Positions 48,983 to 59,548 of a stretch of DNA of 64,000 bases are shown here, piece after piece; positions within the stretch are counted from its first letter, which is position 1; each line of letters begins with the position of its first letter. The notes under the pieces were generated by a model, which saw only the letters and a program-made list of their open reading frames with translations, did no database searches and had not been told where the DNA came from. The DNA comes from an uncultured delta proteobacterium (lineage in GTDB: Bacteria; Desulfobacterota; Desulfomonilia; Desulfomonilales; Desulfomonilaceae), in NCBI GenBank assembly GCA_963789265.1, contig CAWBKB010000001.1, forward strand, positions 32,001-96,000, given 5' to 3'. Both the position numbers and the translations under genes were made by a program.

Positions 48983-50146
48983 ATGGATTTCCAGTTCACG
49001 GATGAACAAAAACTTATTCGGGATACCTACCGCAAATTCCGCGAGAAGGAATTCACTCCGGACTATGTCCGATGGGTCGACGAAAACTGTGATTTTCTCC
49101 CGGAAGATATGCTGCAAAAGCTCGCCGAGCTTGGGACCATGGGCATCACGATCCCTCAGGAATATGGCGGCCTTGGCTTGGGAATGACCGAGTTCTGCAT
49201 CATCGCCGAGGAATTATCCATTGCCAGTCCGGCTATAGCGATGTGCGCACTCATTGGACTATCTTTCGGCGCTACGCCCCTACTGGGAATAGGCACTGAA
49301 GAGCAAAGGCGAGAGCACCTTCCGCGGATCGCTGCCGGAAAGGAAAAGTGGTCGTTATGCATGACCGAGCCCGACGGCGGCACCGACATTCTAGGGGCCA
49401 TAAAGACATCATCGGTTAAAGATAGCGGCAATTATGTCGTGAACGGAACCAAGATGTGGATATCAGGGGCGCATAAGGCCGATTACTTTATGACCCTCGT
49501 TATAACGGACAAAGCGGTTGAACGAAAAAAAGGACTCTCAGCCCTGATCATCGATGCAAGGAGCGAAGGGATCTCGATACGTCCCATCCAAAAGCTCGGT
49601 ATACATGGATGCGGCGTGAACGAGGTCCGCTTTGACGATGTGAGAGTGCCTGCTGAAAACCTGCTCGGAAAGGAAAACCGCGGTCGGTACCAATTGCTCG
49701 GGACCCTAAATCCGGAACGCATCTCCACGTCGCTTTTCTCACTGGGCATTGCAATGGCGGCGTTAAACTATGCCGTTCAATATTCTAAAGAGAGAACAGC
49801 CTTTGGGAAGACTATCGGCAGTTTTCAGATATTGCAGCATTACCTGGCCGATATCGCCATAGAGATCGAGAACGCACGCAACCTGATCTACAAGTGCGCA
49901 TGGCTGTGCGATACAGGGCAAAAATATGACGTGGAAGTAGCAATGGCCAAGATCGTGGCATGCCGCGCTTCCGAGCTGGCGGCTCTTCACGGAATGGAGA
50001 TCCTCGGGGGCTACGGTTTTGCCATGGAATACGACATGCAGAGATACTTCAGGGATTACAAGCAAATGAAATTTTCACCGATTTCCGACGAAATGGCCAG
50101 GAACTACATTGCGGAGGTCGGGTTTGGACTTCCCAGAAGTTTCTGA
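48983..50146 (+). CDS. Acyl-CoA dehydrogenase
   Basis: MTEPDGGTD, NGTKMWIS, LNPER, LGGYG. Confidence 0.93.
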   Translation: MDFQFTDEQKLIRDTYRKFREKEFTPDYVRWVDENCDFLPEDMLQKLAELGTMGITIPQEYGGLGLGMTEFCIIAEELSIASPAIAMCALIGLSFGATPLLGIGTEEQRREHLPRIAAGKEKWSLCMTEPDGGTDILGAIKTSSVKDSGNYVVNGTKMWISGAHKADYFMTLVITDKAVERKKGLSALIIDARSEGISIRPIQKLGIHGCGVNEVRFDDVRVPAENLLGKENRGRYQLLGTLNPERISTSLFSLGIAMAALNYAVQYSKERTAFGKTIGSFQILQHYLADIAIEIENARNLIYKCAWLCDTGQKYDVEVAMAKIVACRASELAALHGMEILGGYGFAMEYDMQRYFRDYKQMKFSPISDEMARNYIAEVGFGLPRSF

Positions 50147-50226
50147 CGAGCTATCGGACTCTGCCCGAAAACAAGACTGGTAGCTAGCCCGCTGGAGCGA
50201 CGCTGACCCTTGGAAAAGGAGAGTGC

Positions 50227-51087
50227 ATGGAAGGCCTGATCGGGACCATAGTAGATGCCTTGATGTTGTCGTCGATATACATCCTGGTGTCTGTGGGTTT
50301 CGCTCTTGTTCTTAGCATCATCGGCATCCTGAATTTCGCCCACGGCGCCCTGTACATGATCGGAGGTTATGTCTGCTACTGGCTGTCGGTGCAGTGTGGC
50401 CTGAATCAATGGCTGTCACTGCTTCTGTCCGCCTTGGTGCTCGGCCTGGCCGGCTTGTTCCTCGAGAGGTTTTGTTTTCGCCCCTTCGCCGGTGATCCTA
50501 ACCGCACGATAATTATGGCCATAGCCCTAATTCTGGTTCTGGAGACTACCATCAACGTGCTGGCCGGAGGCGTCACCAGGACCATATCACCATTTGTTCC
50601 CGGCCTATTGAAGGCAGGGGCTATATCGGTGAGTCTCGAAAGGGTGGCAACCATGATCATGGGCGGAGGCCTGTTGCTGGGCTTAACACTGTTCATAGAG
50701 AAGACTAAGACGGGTCAACAGATGCTGGCCGTGTCCCAGGACCCGGAAGGGGCAATTTTGCAAGGGATTCGCATCCATCGTGTTGCCGCATTGGCCGTTG
50801 CCATGAGTTGCGCTCTTGCCGCCCTTGCCGGATCTTTTATGGGGGCTATTTTCGATCTGAAGCCATTTATGGGTGGGCCAATGCTTGTAAAGGCGATTCA
50901 AGTGGTCGTCCTGAGTGGCGTGGGCAGCATAGGAGGCGTATTGGCAGGAGGATTGATCATCGGAACCATTGATACAGTGCTGCCTCTTTTCGCTGGCGGC
51001 GCTGTGACACAAGCAGTCGGGCTCGGCATCATCATTGTGCTCCTCCTTCTCAAACCTCAAGGGTTGTTTGGTCGCGAGGTGGCATAA
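50227..51087 (+). CDS. livH: LivH-family ABC permease
   Basis: ILNFAHG signature; paralog of 6948-7808. Confidence 0.9.
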   Translation: MEGLIGTIVDALMLSSIYILVSVGFALVLSIIGILNFAHGALYMIGGYVCYWLSVQCGLNQWLSLLLSALVLGLAGLFLERFCFRPFAGDPNRTIIMAIALILVLETTINVLAGGVTRTISPFVPGLLKAGAISVSLERVATMIMGGGLLLGLTLFIEKTKTGQQMLAVSQDPEGAILQGIRIHRVAALAVAMSCALAALAGSFMGAIFDLKPFMGGPMLVKAIQVVVLSGVGSIGGVLAGGLIIGTIDTVLPLFAGGAVTQAVGLGIIIVLLLLKPQGLFGREVA

Positions 51088-51090
51088 ATT

Positions 51091-52059
51091 ATGGCCCCCA
51101 AGTGCCGCGGATTGATAAAGGTATCGATGGTTGTGGGCCTCGTGGCTGTCCTGGCCGCAATTCCACTCTTTGTCAAGTCTGTCTATTTCTTGCACATCAT
51201 TATTCTTGTCTACATCTATGTGATTGCCGCCAGCAGTCTCCGCACGATTGCGATTTCAGACCAACTGTCTCTGGGCCACGCCGGTTTCATGGGCATCGGA
51301 GCCTATACTTCGGCCGTATTGGCCAAGCAATTAGGCTGGACGCCGTGGCTCACCATGCCCTTGGCAGGGGTGGCTACGATGGTGGTGGCCATAATAGTCG
51401 GGTACCCGTTCTCGAGGTTGAGGACATTCTATTTCTCCATGGTGAGCCTCTTCTTCGGGATGGGTATTCTGGCTGTTAATACCATCTTCAGCAGATTCAC
51501 CGGGGGCTATTACGGTCTTGCCGGGATTCCTCCATTGTTCGTAGGATCAAAAGTACCTTTCTACTTCTTCTTCCTTGGGTTGATGGTCCTCAGTCTTCTT
51601 TTCCTTTACCGTTTCGAGTCTTGCCGGATAGGCACATGCCTCAAGGCCGTGGCGCAATCACACGAGGTGGCAGCCAGCGTAGGGATTGATGAATCCGGAT
51701 ACAGGGTGCTGGCCTTGGCCGTGGGCTGTTTCATTGTCGGACTGGCAGGCGCCGGATACGCTCATTATAACCTGGTGCTCTCCGAGAGTTCCTTTGATCT
51801 TCTGGCCAGCATCAATCTGATGGTCTACATGGTCGTCGGAGGAATTGGCAGCTTCGCCGGGCCGATCATAGGTGCGGCTGTCCTCGTAGTCGTCCCCGAG
51901 ATGTTTCGCGGGCTGAAAATGTTCACACCCTACGTATTCGCGGGCATCGTAATACTGACCATCTTCCTTATTCCGCATGGGCTTGTCGGCCTCTATGAGA
52001 AGATTGGTTTTCACTCCAAAGAGTCCGCTAACGAAGGCAGGAAGACCGGTGTTGCTTGA
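51091..52059 (+). CDS. livM: LivM-family ABC permease
   Basis: QLSLGHAGFMGIGAY; paralog of 7805-8764. Confidence 0.9.
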   Translation: MAPKCRGLIKVSMVVGLVAVLAAIPLFVKSVYFLHIIILVYIYVIAASSLRTIAISDQLSLGHAGFMGIGAYTSAVLAKQLGWTPWLTMPLAGVATMVVAIIVGYPFSRLRTFYFSMVSLFFGMGILAVNTIFSRFTGGYYGLAGIPPLFVGSKVPFYFFFLGLMVLSLLFLYRFESCRIGTCLKAVAQSHEVAASVGIDESGYRVLALAVGCFIVGLAGAGYAHYNLVLSESSFDLLASINLMVYMVVGGIGSFAGPIIGAAVLVVVPEMFRGLKMFTPYVFAGIVILTIFLIPHGLVGLYEKIGFHSKESANEGRKTGVA

Positions 52060-52810
52060 AATCAAGCGATTGACCAAGCTCTTCGGCGGATTGACCGCTG
52101 TGAGTAACCTCGACATGTACGTCGAGGAAGGGGAAATGGTTGGTATGATCGGCCCAAACGGCGCGGGAAAGAGTACCCTCTTCAACTTGATTACAGGCTT
52201 TATCCGTCCAACGACAGGAAGAGTGATCTTCGATGAGAAAGACATCACGAGTACAAAACCGCACAGGATCGCCCGGCTGGGCATAGGTCGTACTTTTCAA
52301 CTGAACCCGCTTTTCGGGGAGTTTACCGTTCTGCAAAACGTGATCGCTTCTTTCTACCTGCACCCGAAATCGAGTTGGCGTGCCGCGTTTTTCAATACTT
52401 CCACGTACCGTCGCAATGAACGCCGGATCGCAGCGGAGGCCCTCGCTATCCTGGACCTGCTTGGATTGGATAAGACGAAAGATGTACCGGCAAAGCATCT
52501 GCCCCACGGATACCAGAAGATGCTCGGCGTTGCCAGGGCATTGGCTACAAGACCGAAGCTGCTCTTGCTCGACGAACCCCTCGGCGGAATGAATCCCGCT
52601 GAAATAGAGTTCGCAATGGAGATAATCGACAAAACACGGCAGCAGGGGATAACGATCCTGCTGGTCGAGCACAATATGCAGATCATGGACATCGTCGATC
52701 GGGTCGTGGTCATAAACTTCGGCCGGAAGATCTGCGAAGGCACAATTGATGAGGTGAGAGAGAACGAGCAAGTCGTGGAGGCCTACTTTGGCACCGACCA
52801 CTCTGCTTAG
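52049..52810 (+). CDS. livG: LivG-family ABC ATPase
   Basis: GPNGAGKST, GIGRTFQ, LLLDEP; GTG start. Confidence 0.92.
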   Translation: MLLEIKRLTKLFGGLTAVSNLDMYVEEGEMVGMIGPNGAGKSTLFNLITGFIRPTTGRVIFDEKDITSTKPHRIARLGIGRTFQLNPLFGEFTVLQNVIASFYLHPKSSWRAAFFNTSTYRRNERRIAAEALAILDLLGLDKTKDVPAKHLPHGYQKMLGVARALATRPKLLLLDEPLGGMNPAEIEFAMEIIDKTRQQGITILLVEHNMQIMDIVDRVVVINFGRKICEGTIDEVRENEQVVEAYFGTDHSA

Positions 52811-53504
52811 TGTAAAGGAGATAACGGTTCAATACGGAAAGGCCACGGCAATAGATGGAATTTCCCTTTCTGTTGCCGAAGGGAGCGTCGTCGGTATGAT
52901 CGGGGCCAACGGAGCAGGCAAGACAACCGTTTTGAGGGCTATTTCCGGGCTGACACCGTTGCGCTCGGGGGAGATCTTCTTCGAGGGCAAGAGGATAGAC
53001 AAGACGGACCCGGCGGACATCGTGAGAATGGGTGTGATCCACATTCCTGAAGGCCGACGGCTCTTCCCGTATCTTTCGGTTATGAGCAACCTTAAACTTG
53101 GGGCCAGCCTGCGCAAGGATAAGGACGGGATCAAGAAAGACCTGGATGAGGTCTTCGGATACTTCCCTCGGCTCTATGGAAGAAGGAATCAAAAGGCCGG
53201 TACCCTGAGCGGTGGAGAACAGGAAATGCTGGCAATCGGTCGCGGCTTGATGGCCAAACCGAAACTCCTCCTCATGGATGAGCCTTCACTGGGGTTAGCA
53301 CCGATAGTGGTCAACGATCTGGCGGTTGTGATCAACAACGTCAACAGTGGGGGAGTGTCTGTGTTGCTCGTTGAGCAAAGCATTCCTTTGGTCCTTCGAG
53401 TTGCCGAACGGGGTTATGCACTGCAAGTGGGCAGGGTCGTGATGGATGCCGATATAGGAGACTTTAAGGCCGGCCTTGTCAAAAAGGCTTACCTGGGCGG
53501 ATGA
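52788..53504 (+). CDS. livF: LivF-family ABC ATPase
   Basis: GANGAGKT, PEGRRLF, LSGGEQEM. Confidence 0.92.
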   Translation: MAPTTLLSVKEITVQYGKATAIDGISLSVAEGSVVGMIGANGAGKTTVLRAISGLTPLRSGEIFFEGKRIDKTDPADIVRMGVIHIPEGRRLFPYLSVMSNLKLGASLRKDKDGIKKDLDEVFGYFPRLYGRRNQKAGTLSGGEQEMLAIGRGLMAKPKLLLMDEPSLGLAPIVVNDLAVVINNVNSGGVSVLLVEQSIPLVLRVAERGYALQVGRVVMDADIGDFKAGLVKKAYLGG

Positions 53505-53585
53505 GATAGACACCGATGTTTAACAGATGAACTATAGCAACTACGCAATCAAAGGAATTCATCAAGGCCCGGATAAGAGGACACT

Positions 53586-54371
53586 ATGGGTCGTTTAGAG
53601 AACAGAGTCGCCATCGTTACAGGGTCGAGTTCCGGTTTCGGCAGGGCCATTGCCAAGGCCTTTGCTGATGAAGATGCCAAAGTGGTTTGTTCCGACCTTC
53701 GTGTCGAAGCACGTGATGAAGGGTTTGAGATGGATCTTGGTGTTTCTACCCATGAAGCCATCCAAAAGGCCGGTCATGAAGCGGCATTTGTTTGCTGCGA
53801 CGTTTCAAAAGTTGGTGAGGTGAAGGCGTTAGTTGAGGCAGCGGCAGAAAAGTACGGTCGCCTTGATATTATGGTTGCCAACGCCGGTATCTTTCCGGGC
53901 TTGGCCAAAATCCATGAAACCACCGAGGATGATTATAGCCTGAGCATGAATGTCAATTGTAAGGGTCTCTGGAATTCCAACCAGCAAGCCATAGTCCAGC
54001 TCTTGAAACAGGGCATAGGTGGAAAGGTTATCAACATCATCTCCATAGGGGGCTTGGTCGGGATTCCCAAGGGAGCCGCTTATTGCACGGCGAAAGGAGC
54101 GGCATCGAACCTTACGCGGCAATTAGCCGTTGATTACGGCCGCGACGGGATTACCGTCAACGGAATTTGTCCCAATTTCGCAGCGACAGCCATGACCAGG
54201 CCCGCTTATCATGACAAGGGCATGCAATCGTTCGTACAGGGCCGGACCCCGCTCGGCCGATGGGCGACCTCAGAGGACGTGGCCAGGCTGGCCGTCTTTT
54301 TGGCATCGAGCGACGCAGATTACATAACTGGAGCGCTCATACCGGTCGATGGAGGGTACACAGCGCAATAG
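53586..54371 (+). CDS. Short-chain dehydrogenase/reductase
   Basis: TGSSSGFG, ANAG, YCTAK, VDGGY. Confidence 0.93.
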   Translation: MGRLENRVAIVTGSSSGFGRAIAKAFADEDAKVVCSDLRVEARDEGFEMDLGVSTHEAIQKAGHEAAFVCCDVSKVGEVKALVEAAAEKYGRLDIMVANAGIFPGLAKIHETTEDDYSLSMNVNCKGLWNSNQQAIVQLLKQGIGGKVINIISIGGLVGIPKGAAYCTAKGAASNLTRQLAVDYGRDGITVNGICPNFAATAMTRPAYHDKGMQSFVQGRTPLGRWATSEDVARLAVFLASSDADYITGALIPVDGGYTAQ

Positions 54372-54520
54372 GCGCTGCGGTGGTGCTGCCGGAAACCTGG
54401 CATTTTAACCCGCGTTGTGGCTGGTGGAATCCTTCGGATAGTGCAGACAGTGAACCAGGCAAACAGAGGCTGTCAGAATTAGATCGTGTCAGTCTTCAAT
54501 TCAAAACGAGGAGGCCGCTC

Positions 54521-55734
54521 ATGAGGACGAAAGGGTTTTTCTGGACCATGGGAAGTATTACGATGACTTCCCTATTTGTGCTACTGGTCTTTTCTTCCGT
54601 CGGATTTTCCGCTGAAAAGACTTTAAAGATCGGATGCATCACCGCTCTGACAGGCTTTGCTGCTCCCGGGGAGGGACCAATGGGGGTGGGCAGTAGCTTG
54701 GCCGCGGATTGGATCGACGAGAACGGCGGGATCACGATCAAAGGCGAGAAATACCGTGTAAAGCTTGTCACCGAGGACCATAAGAGCACTGCTGAGGGCG
54801 CGGCAGCCGCGGCTAACAAACTTGTCTACGAGGACAAAGTGAAGTTCATTATCGGCGGCATGATGCCCTTCACCAATATCGCCATAGGCGGCGTGACGGA
54901 ACCGGCTAGGGTTCTTCACGCATCAATCGGTAACTGTTCCGCCATCCCCGACGAATACGGACCCAAAACTCCTTACTCATTCTACACGATGAACGGCACC
55001 GCTGAAGACATCTGTACCATGCTTGACTACATCAAAGCGGACCACCCAGAGGTCAAAACGATTGCGGTCACCCAACCGGATGATGGCAGTATTCCCATTA
55101 TGCAGCCCAGGGTAATGCAGATCGCCAAAGAGCACGGGATGACCCTGTCAGGGGACGTGATCGGTTATGCTCTTGATACAGTGGATTTCACTCCCATCGC
55201 GAAGAAGATTCTTGCTCGCAACGCCGACGGGATATGTATTGTAAACGGCTGGCCATCCATGGTCGGGGTGTTCTAAAAATCGCCCGCCAATCCGGCTCCA
55301 CCAAGCTTATATGTAATGTCAATCATCCTCAAGCAGAGGACATTCTCAAAGTTGCAGGTTCAGAGAATTCAACAAACTTCTACTTCCATAGTCTTCTTCC
55401 GAACGATCCCAAGAACCAGCCTATAGTTGCCGAAGTGCTGCGCAGGCTCAAAGCCAAAACTGGTAATGGCGACAATCTGTGCTACGCATCCATTGGGTTT
55501 GATAACCTCTGGATGGTAGTTCAGGCCATCGAAGCAGCACAAAGCCTTGACCCGACGGTGGTAAGGGACAAGTGGCAAACGATGGACACCATGAAAAGCG
55601 TGTGGGGAACCGCGCACCGGGGTGGTTTGAAAACCTACGGGATGAATCATACAATGACTCATCCCTTGCCTGTAGTGAGCTATGTGAAAGGCCAACCGAA
55701 GACCATGAAGTGGGTGGATATAACGGCGCCATAG
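54521..55734 (+). CDS. HAAT/Liv substrate-binding protein; apparent -1 frameshift near 55266
   Basis: Signal peptide and LKIGCITALTG; frame changes at a G run (GWPSMVG / VLKIARQ); paralog of 5579-6778. Confidence 0.85.
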
Positions 55735-55898
55735 TATGCTTGGTTGCTGCTTCTGGACCCGGGGCAGGCTCAGAGCACTGCCCTAGGTCTTTTGGGGGCC
55801 GACAGATCCATTTTACATCATCAAGTAGGTCGCCGCTGCCTCGTATAGAGAAGAACGGAATGCGAGGGCCTCAAAGCACACACGGGAGCACAGCGAAG

Positions 55899-58602
55899 AT
55901 GTCGAAGACAGCGAGTCTAGGAGAGCTCAAGCGCATCCGTACTACCTGCCGTGCCTGCGGGAAGATGGAATGCGGGGTTTGGGTGACAGTCAAGAACGGC
56001 CGTGCCATCAAGATTGAGGGTGACCTCTCTGCACATCAGAGCAGAGGGAATTGTTGTACCAAGAGTATGGCATCGCTCCAGGCTGTGTATCACCCCGACC
56101 GCATCAAGTATCCAATGAAACGCACTCGACCCAAGGGAGAAGATCCCGGCTGGGTGAGGATTTCGTGGGATGAGGCATTGGAGACGACCGCCACGAAGCT
56201 GAAAGAGATCCAGAGTAAATACGGCGGCAAGAGCATCTTTACTATGAACGGTACGATGCGAATTTGGTCGATGGGCGGCTATGCGGCTCTAAGGCAATTG
56301 GTTCAGACACCGAACTGCATCGTGACCTACCAGGTGTGCAAGGGGCCTCGACATTTCGCCACCAAACTCACCGATGAATTCGGTTCCAGTTGGATGGCTA
56401 CAGTGGACAACCCAAAGGTCTACGTTCAGTGGGGAGCATCTCCGGAGATTTCAAACTACGACGATTCCGGGCGCACTACTGTCGATGCATATACCAGGGC
56501 GCAAACTGTACATCAGCGTTAATCCCCGCTTGTCCAATGCGGGAAAGGAGGCCCACATCTGGCTGCCTTTGAGACCCGGAACTGATGCGGCCATGGCCCT
56601 ATCCTGGATCGACGTTATCATCACTAATAAGCTTTATGACCCCCTGTTTTGCAAGCGATGGACGAACGGCCCTTTCCTTTACTGCCCAGACATTGAACCC
56701 GGCGGAGGCACCCACGACAACGGCTGGGGCTTTGAGTTCCAGCTCAAGACGAGGTTGCTCAAAGAAAGCGATATAGTAGAAGGTGGGAATCCAAAGCGGT
56801 TCATGGTCTGGGACAATGTCAACAGCAGACTCACCTACTTCGACGCCGAAGTCATGCTTTGGGAAGGCGAAATTTTCCGGCCACCGACCAGTGGTACCGA
56901 GGTTCAGGGAGGATTTCTTCCCGAGCCATCGAAGTTCGATCCGCCCATTGACCCGGCAATCTTCGGTGAATTCACGGTAACACTGAGGGACGGCAAGAAA
57001 TCGAAGGTCACCCCCGTCTTTCAGCTCCTGGCTGAACGTGCGGCCCGGTATGCCCCCGAGCACGCCGAAAAGATCACGGGCGTCCCTGCTGAAAAAATAG
57101 AGCTTGCAGCCAAGACCTATGCCACCCGGCTTCATGAGCGTTGCGGAAACGGCGGCATCCAGTACATGTTGGGAGTCGAACATGGAGGCAATTGCATTCA
57201 GGCCGTCCGCGCTCTGGCCTTGCTGGTCGGCATTACCGGCAACTTCGATGGGCCCGGCGGAAACAGAGGACCCACCAAGGCGAACATTATCCAGTCCGTA
57301 GGCGGGTTCGCGCCGGGCGCTCCGCCGCCGCCGTCCGATGAGATCCTCGGCCTAGATCGGTTCCCTCTGCTCAAGTGGTGGGGAGGTATATGGGCCGATG
57401 CAACCTCAGTCTGGGAGGCAATCCATACCGGCGAACCGTATCCTGTCAAGGCCGGCATATGCCAGTCCAGCACCTTCGCGACCATGTGTAATTCCGCCTA
57501 TACCTGGGAGGCCCTGAAAAAGCTTGACTTCTTCGTGGTCATAGACCTCTGGCGCCATCCGACTGTAGAAATGGCCGATATCGTCTTTCCAGCCTGCCAC
57601 TGGCTAGAGGTGGACTGTCCGCGCATATCCCAGGGCAGCAGCGGAGGCGCCGGCGCCAACGTCCGGTGCATTGAGCCACCTGGTGAGTGCAAGCCCGATT
57701 ATGAATTTGTGCAGCTTCTATTCAAAGCAATGAGAGTGCCTTACGGTCCCGATCCCAAGGATCCGTGGCCCGGTGTGGAAGCAGATCTTGACCAGTCTGT
57801 GACCGGACTGGGGATGACCTGGAGGGAGTACAAGGAGAAATTCCAGAAGGAGGGATGGTTCGACGTCAAGAAGCTATTCCCCAAGCATTGGGGCACTTAC
57901 CGACGCTATGAAATGGGCGTTCAGCATCGGCCGCTCCGGACCGTCGGAAAGGGATTGATGGATGAATTCTTTATGGTGGACACGGACCGCGAGTTGGTAC
58001 CGGGATTCAACACTCCCACGGGTAAACAGGAGATCTGGTCCACCGTCATGGAGACCTTCCTTCCGGGACAAGACTATGAGCTCCCCAACCATGAAGAGCC
58101 TCCCGAGAGCCCAATCCGTACACCGGAGATCTACGAAAAGTATCCGATTACAATGATCACCGGGCGGCGTATTCCGGTCTACTTCCACACCGAACACCGC
58201 CAGTTGCCGTGGTGCCGCGAGCAGTGGCCGGCTCCACTGGTTGAAATCAACCCAGAAACAGCCGCAAAGTACGGCATCAAGCAGGGTGATTGGGTTTGGA
58301 TCGAGAACGACAGGGGGCGCATGCGCCAGCAGGCCGATCTCTACCACGGAATTGCTCCAGACGTCATCAACTGCGAGCACTCGTGGTGGTATCCGGAGGC
58401 TCCCGCCCCGGAGCACGGCTGGAGGTACTCGTGTGTCAACCAGCTTGTCGACAGTCGTTCTCAGGACCCGATCTGCGGTTCAGTCCATCTCCGCGGTTAT
58501 CCGGTCAGGATTTACAAGGCCGAAGAAGGTGCCCCTGAAGGAATAATTACTTCGAGCGACGCCCCGATGCTGGGGCAATGGTTGCCGCCCAACGAGGAGT
58601 AG
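55899..58602 (+). CDS. bis-MGD molybdoenzyme catalytic subunit (DMSO reductase superfamily, catechol-dehydroxylase-like); apparent frameshift near 56501
   Basis: CRACGKMECG Fe-S motif, YHPDRIKYP, CKGPRH, QWG...SNYDDS, LRPGTD, TGRRIPVYFHTEHRQLPWCRE; no Tat leader. Confidence 0.88.
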
Positions 58603-58607
58603 GCGTG

Positions 58608-59216
58608 ATGCGAAACGCAATAGTCTGCGATCTGGATCGCTGTACGGGTTGTCTGACCTGTTCGGTAGCGTGCAAGATGGAGAATAAAGTTCCCATTGGC
58701 TCCGCCCATACCAGAGTTATGAGGATAGGCCCCAACCCGAAACGTGAGGGCGCGCGGTTCCCGGACGTCGAACTGTACTTTCTGCCGCTCTCGTGCCAGC
58801 ACTGCTCCGACCCTGAGTGCATCAGCGTGTGTCCCACCGAGGCTTCGTACAAGGCCCTGGATGGGGCAGTGCTGATCGACGCGGAAAAGTGCAATGGCTG
58901 CAAGTTGTGTATAGAAGCCTGTCCGTATGGCACCCGTCATTACAATTCACAACGAGATATTGTTGAAAAATGCACCATGTGCAACCACCTAGTGGTCCAG
59001 GGCGAAGAGCCTATGTGTGTATCGCAATGCGTCGGACGAGCTCTCGTGTTCGGAGATCTGGACGATCCCCATAGCCCTGTGTCTGTGATGATCGCCGCCG
59101 CCGGGGACCATGTGTACAGCTTGCTCGACGCAGGCAATCATCCGCCGTTCAAGTACATCCTCCGGAAGGCAAAGTGGAGAGAGTATCCAAGACCAGGTTC
59201 TGAGAGTTGTGTTTAA
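58608..59216 (+). CDS. 4Fe-4S dicluster electron-transfer subunit (DmsB/NrfC-like)
   Basis: CTGCLTCSVACK, CQHCSDPECISVCP, CNGCKLCIEACP, KCTMC...CVSQC. Confidence 0.93.
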   Translation: MRNAIVCDLDRCTGCLTCSVACKMENKVPIGSAHTRVMRIGPNPKREGARFPDVELYFLPLSCQHCSDPECISVCPTEASYKALDGAVLIDAEKCNGCKLCIEACPYGTRHYNSQRDIVEKCTMCNHLVVQGEEPMCVSQCVGRALVFGDLDDPHSPVSVMIAAAGDHVYSLLDAGNHPPFKYILRKAKWREYPRPGSESCV

Positions 59217-59547
59217 CCGGAGTTTCCGCTGGAGGGCTAAACAAAGTGGTTTTATGGGTATGATATGGATTGGTTATGAGGAATTTTCATGACGCCCCAA
59301 TGCCGAGGCTACCTTTTGCAATGAGAGGATAGCACAAACATCTTGGCTTGGAGCTTCGATCTGTCGGAGATGATTTTGAAGAGCTTCCCTGAGGCGGTTA
59401 CCCAGAGCCTCAGCGAGAGGTCGGACAGTTCGTCTTTGATGATCTCCAGGCTGAGCAAGATTCCTTGCTTCCTGAGCCTGAGTTGGAGAAGCGTCAGCAA
59501 AAGCAGGCCCAGGATGCAGGTGAATGCGTGCATCACGATCTGGGGAT
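59217..59547 (-). mobile_element. IS1634-type transposase 3' remnant
   Basis: QIVMHAFTCILGLLL C-terminal motif; cut at the neighbouring element's inverted repeat; candidate terminus CCGGAGTTTCCG at 59217. Confidence 0.55.
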
Positions 59548-59548
59548 G

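Noticed and set aside
55255..55280. Programmed ribosomal frameshifting at the split genes
   Set aside because: No slippery heptamer or stimulatory structure, and the affected families are not known for recoding; sequencing indels are simpler
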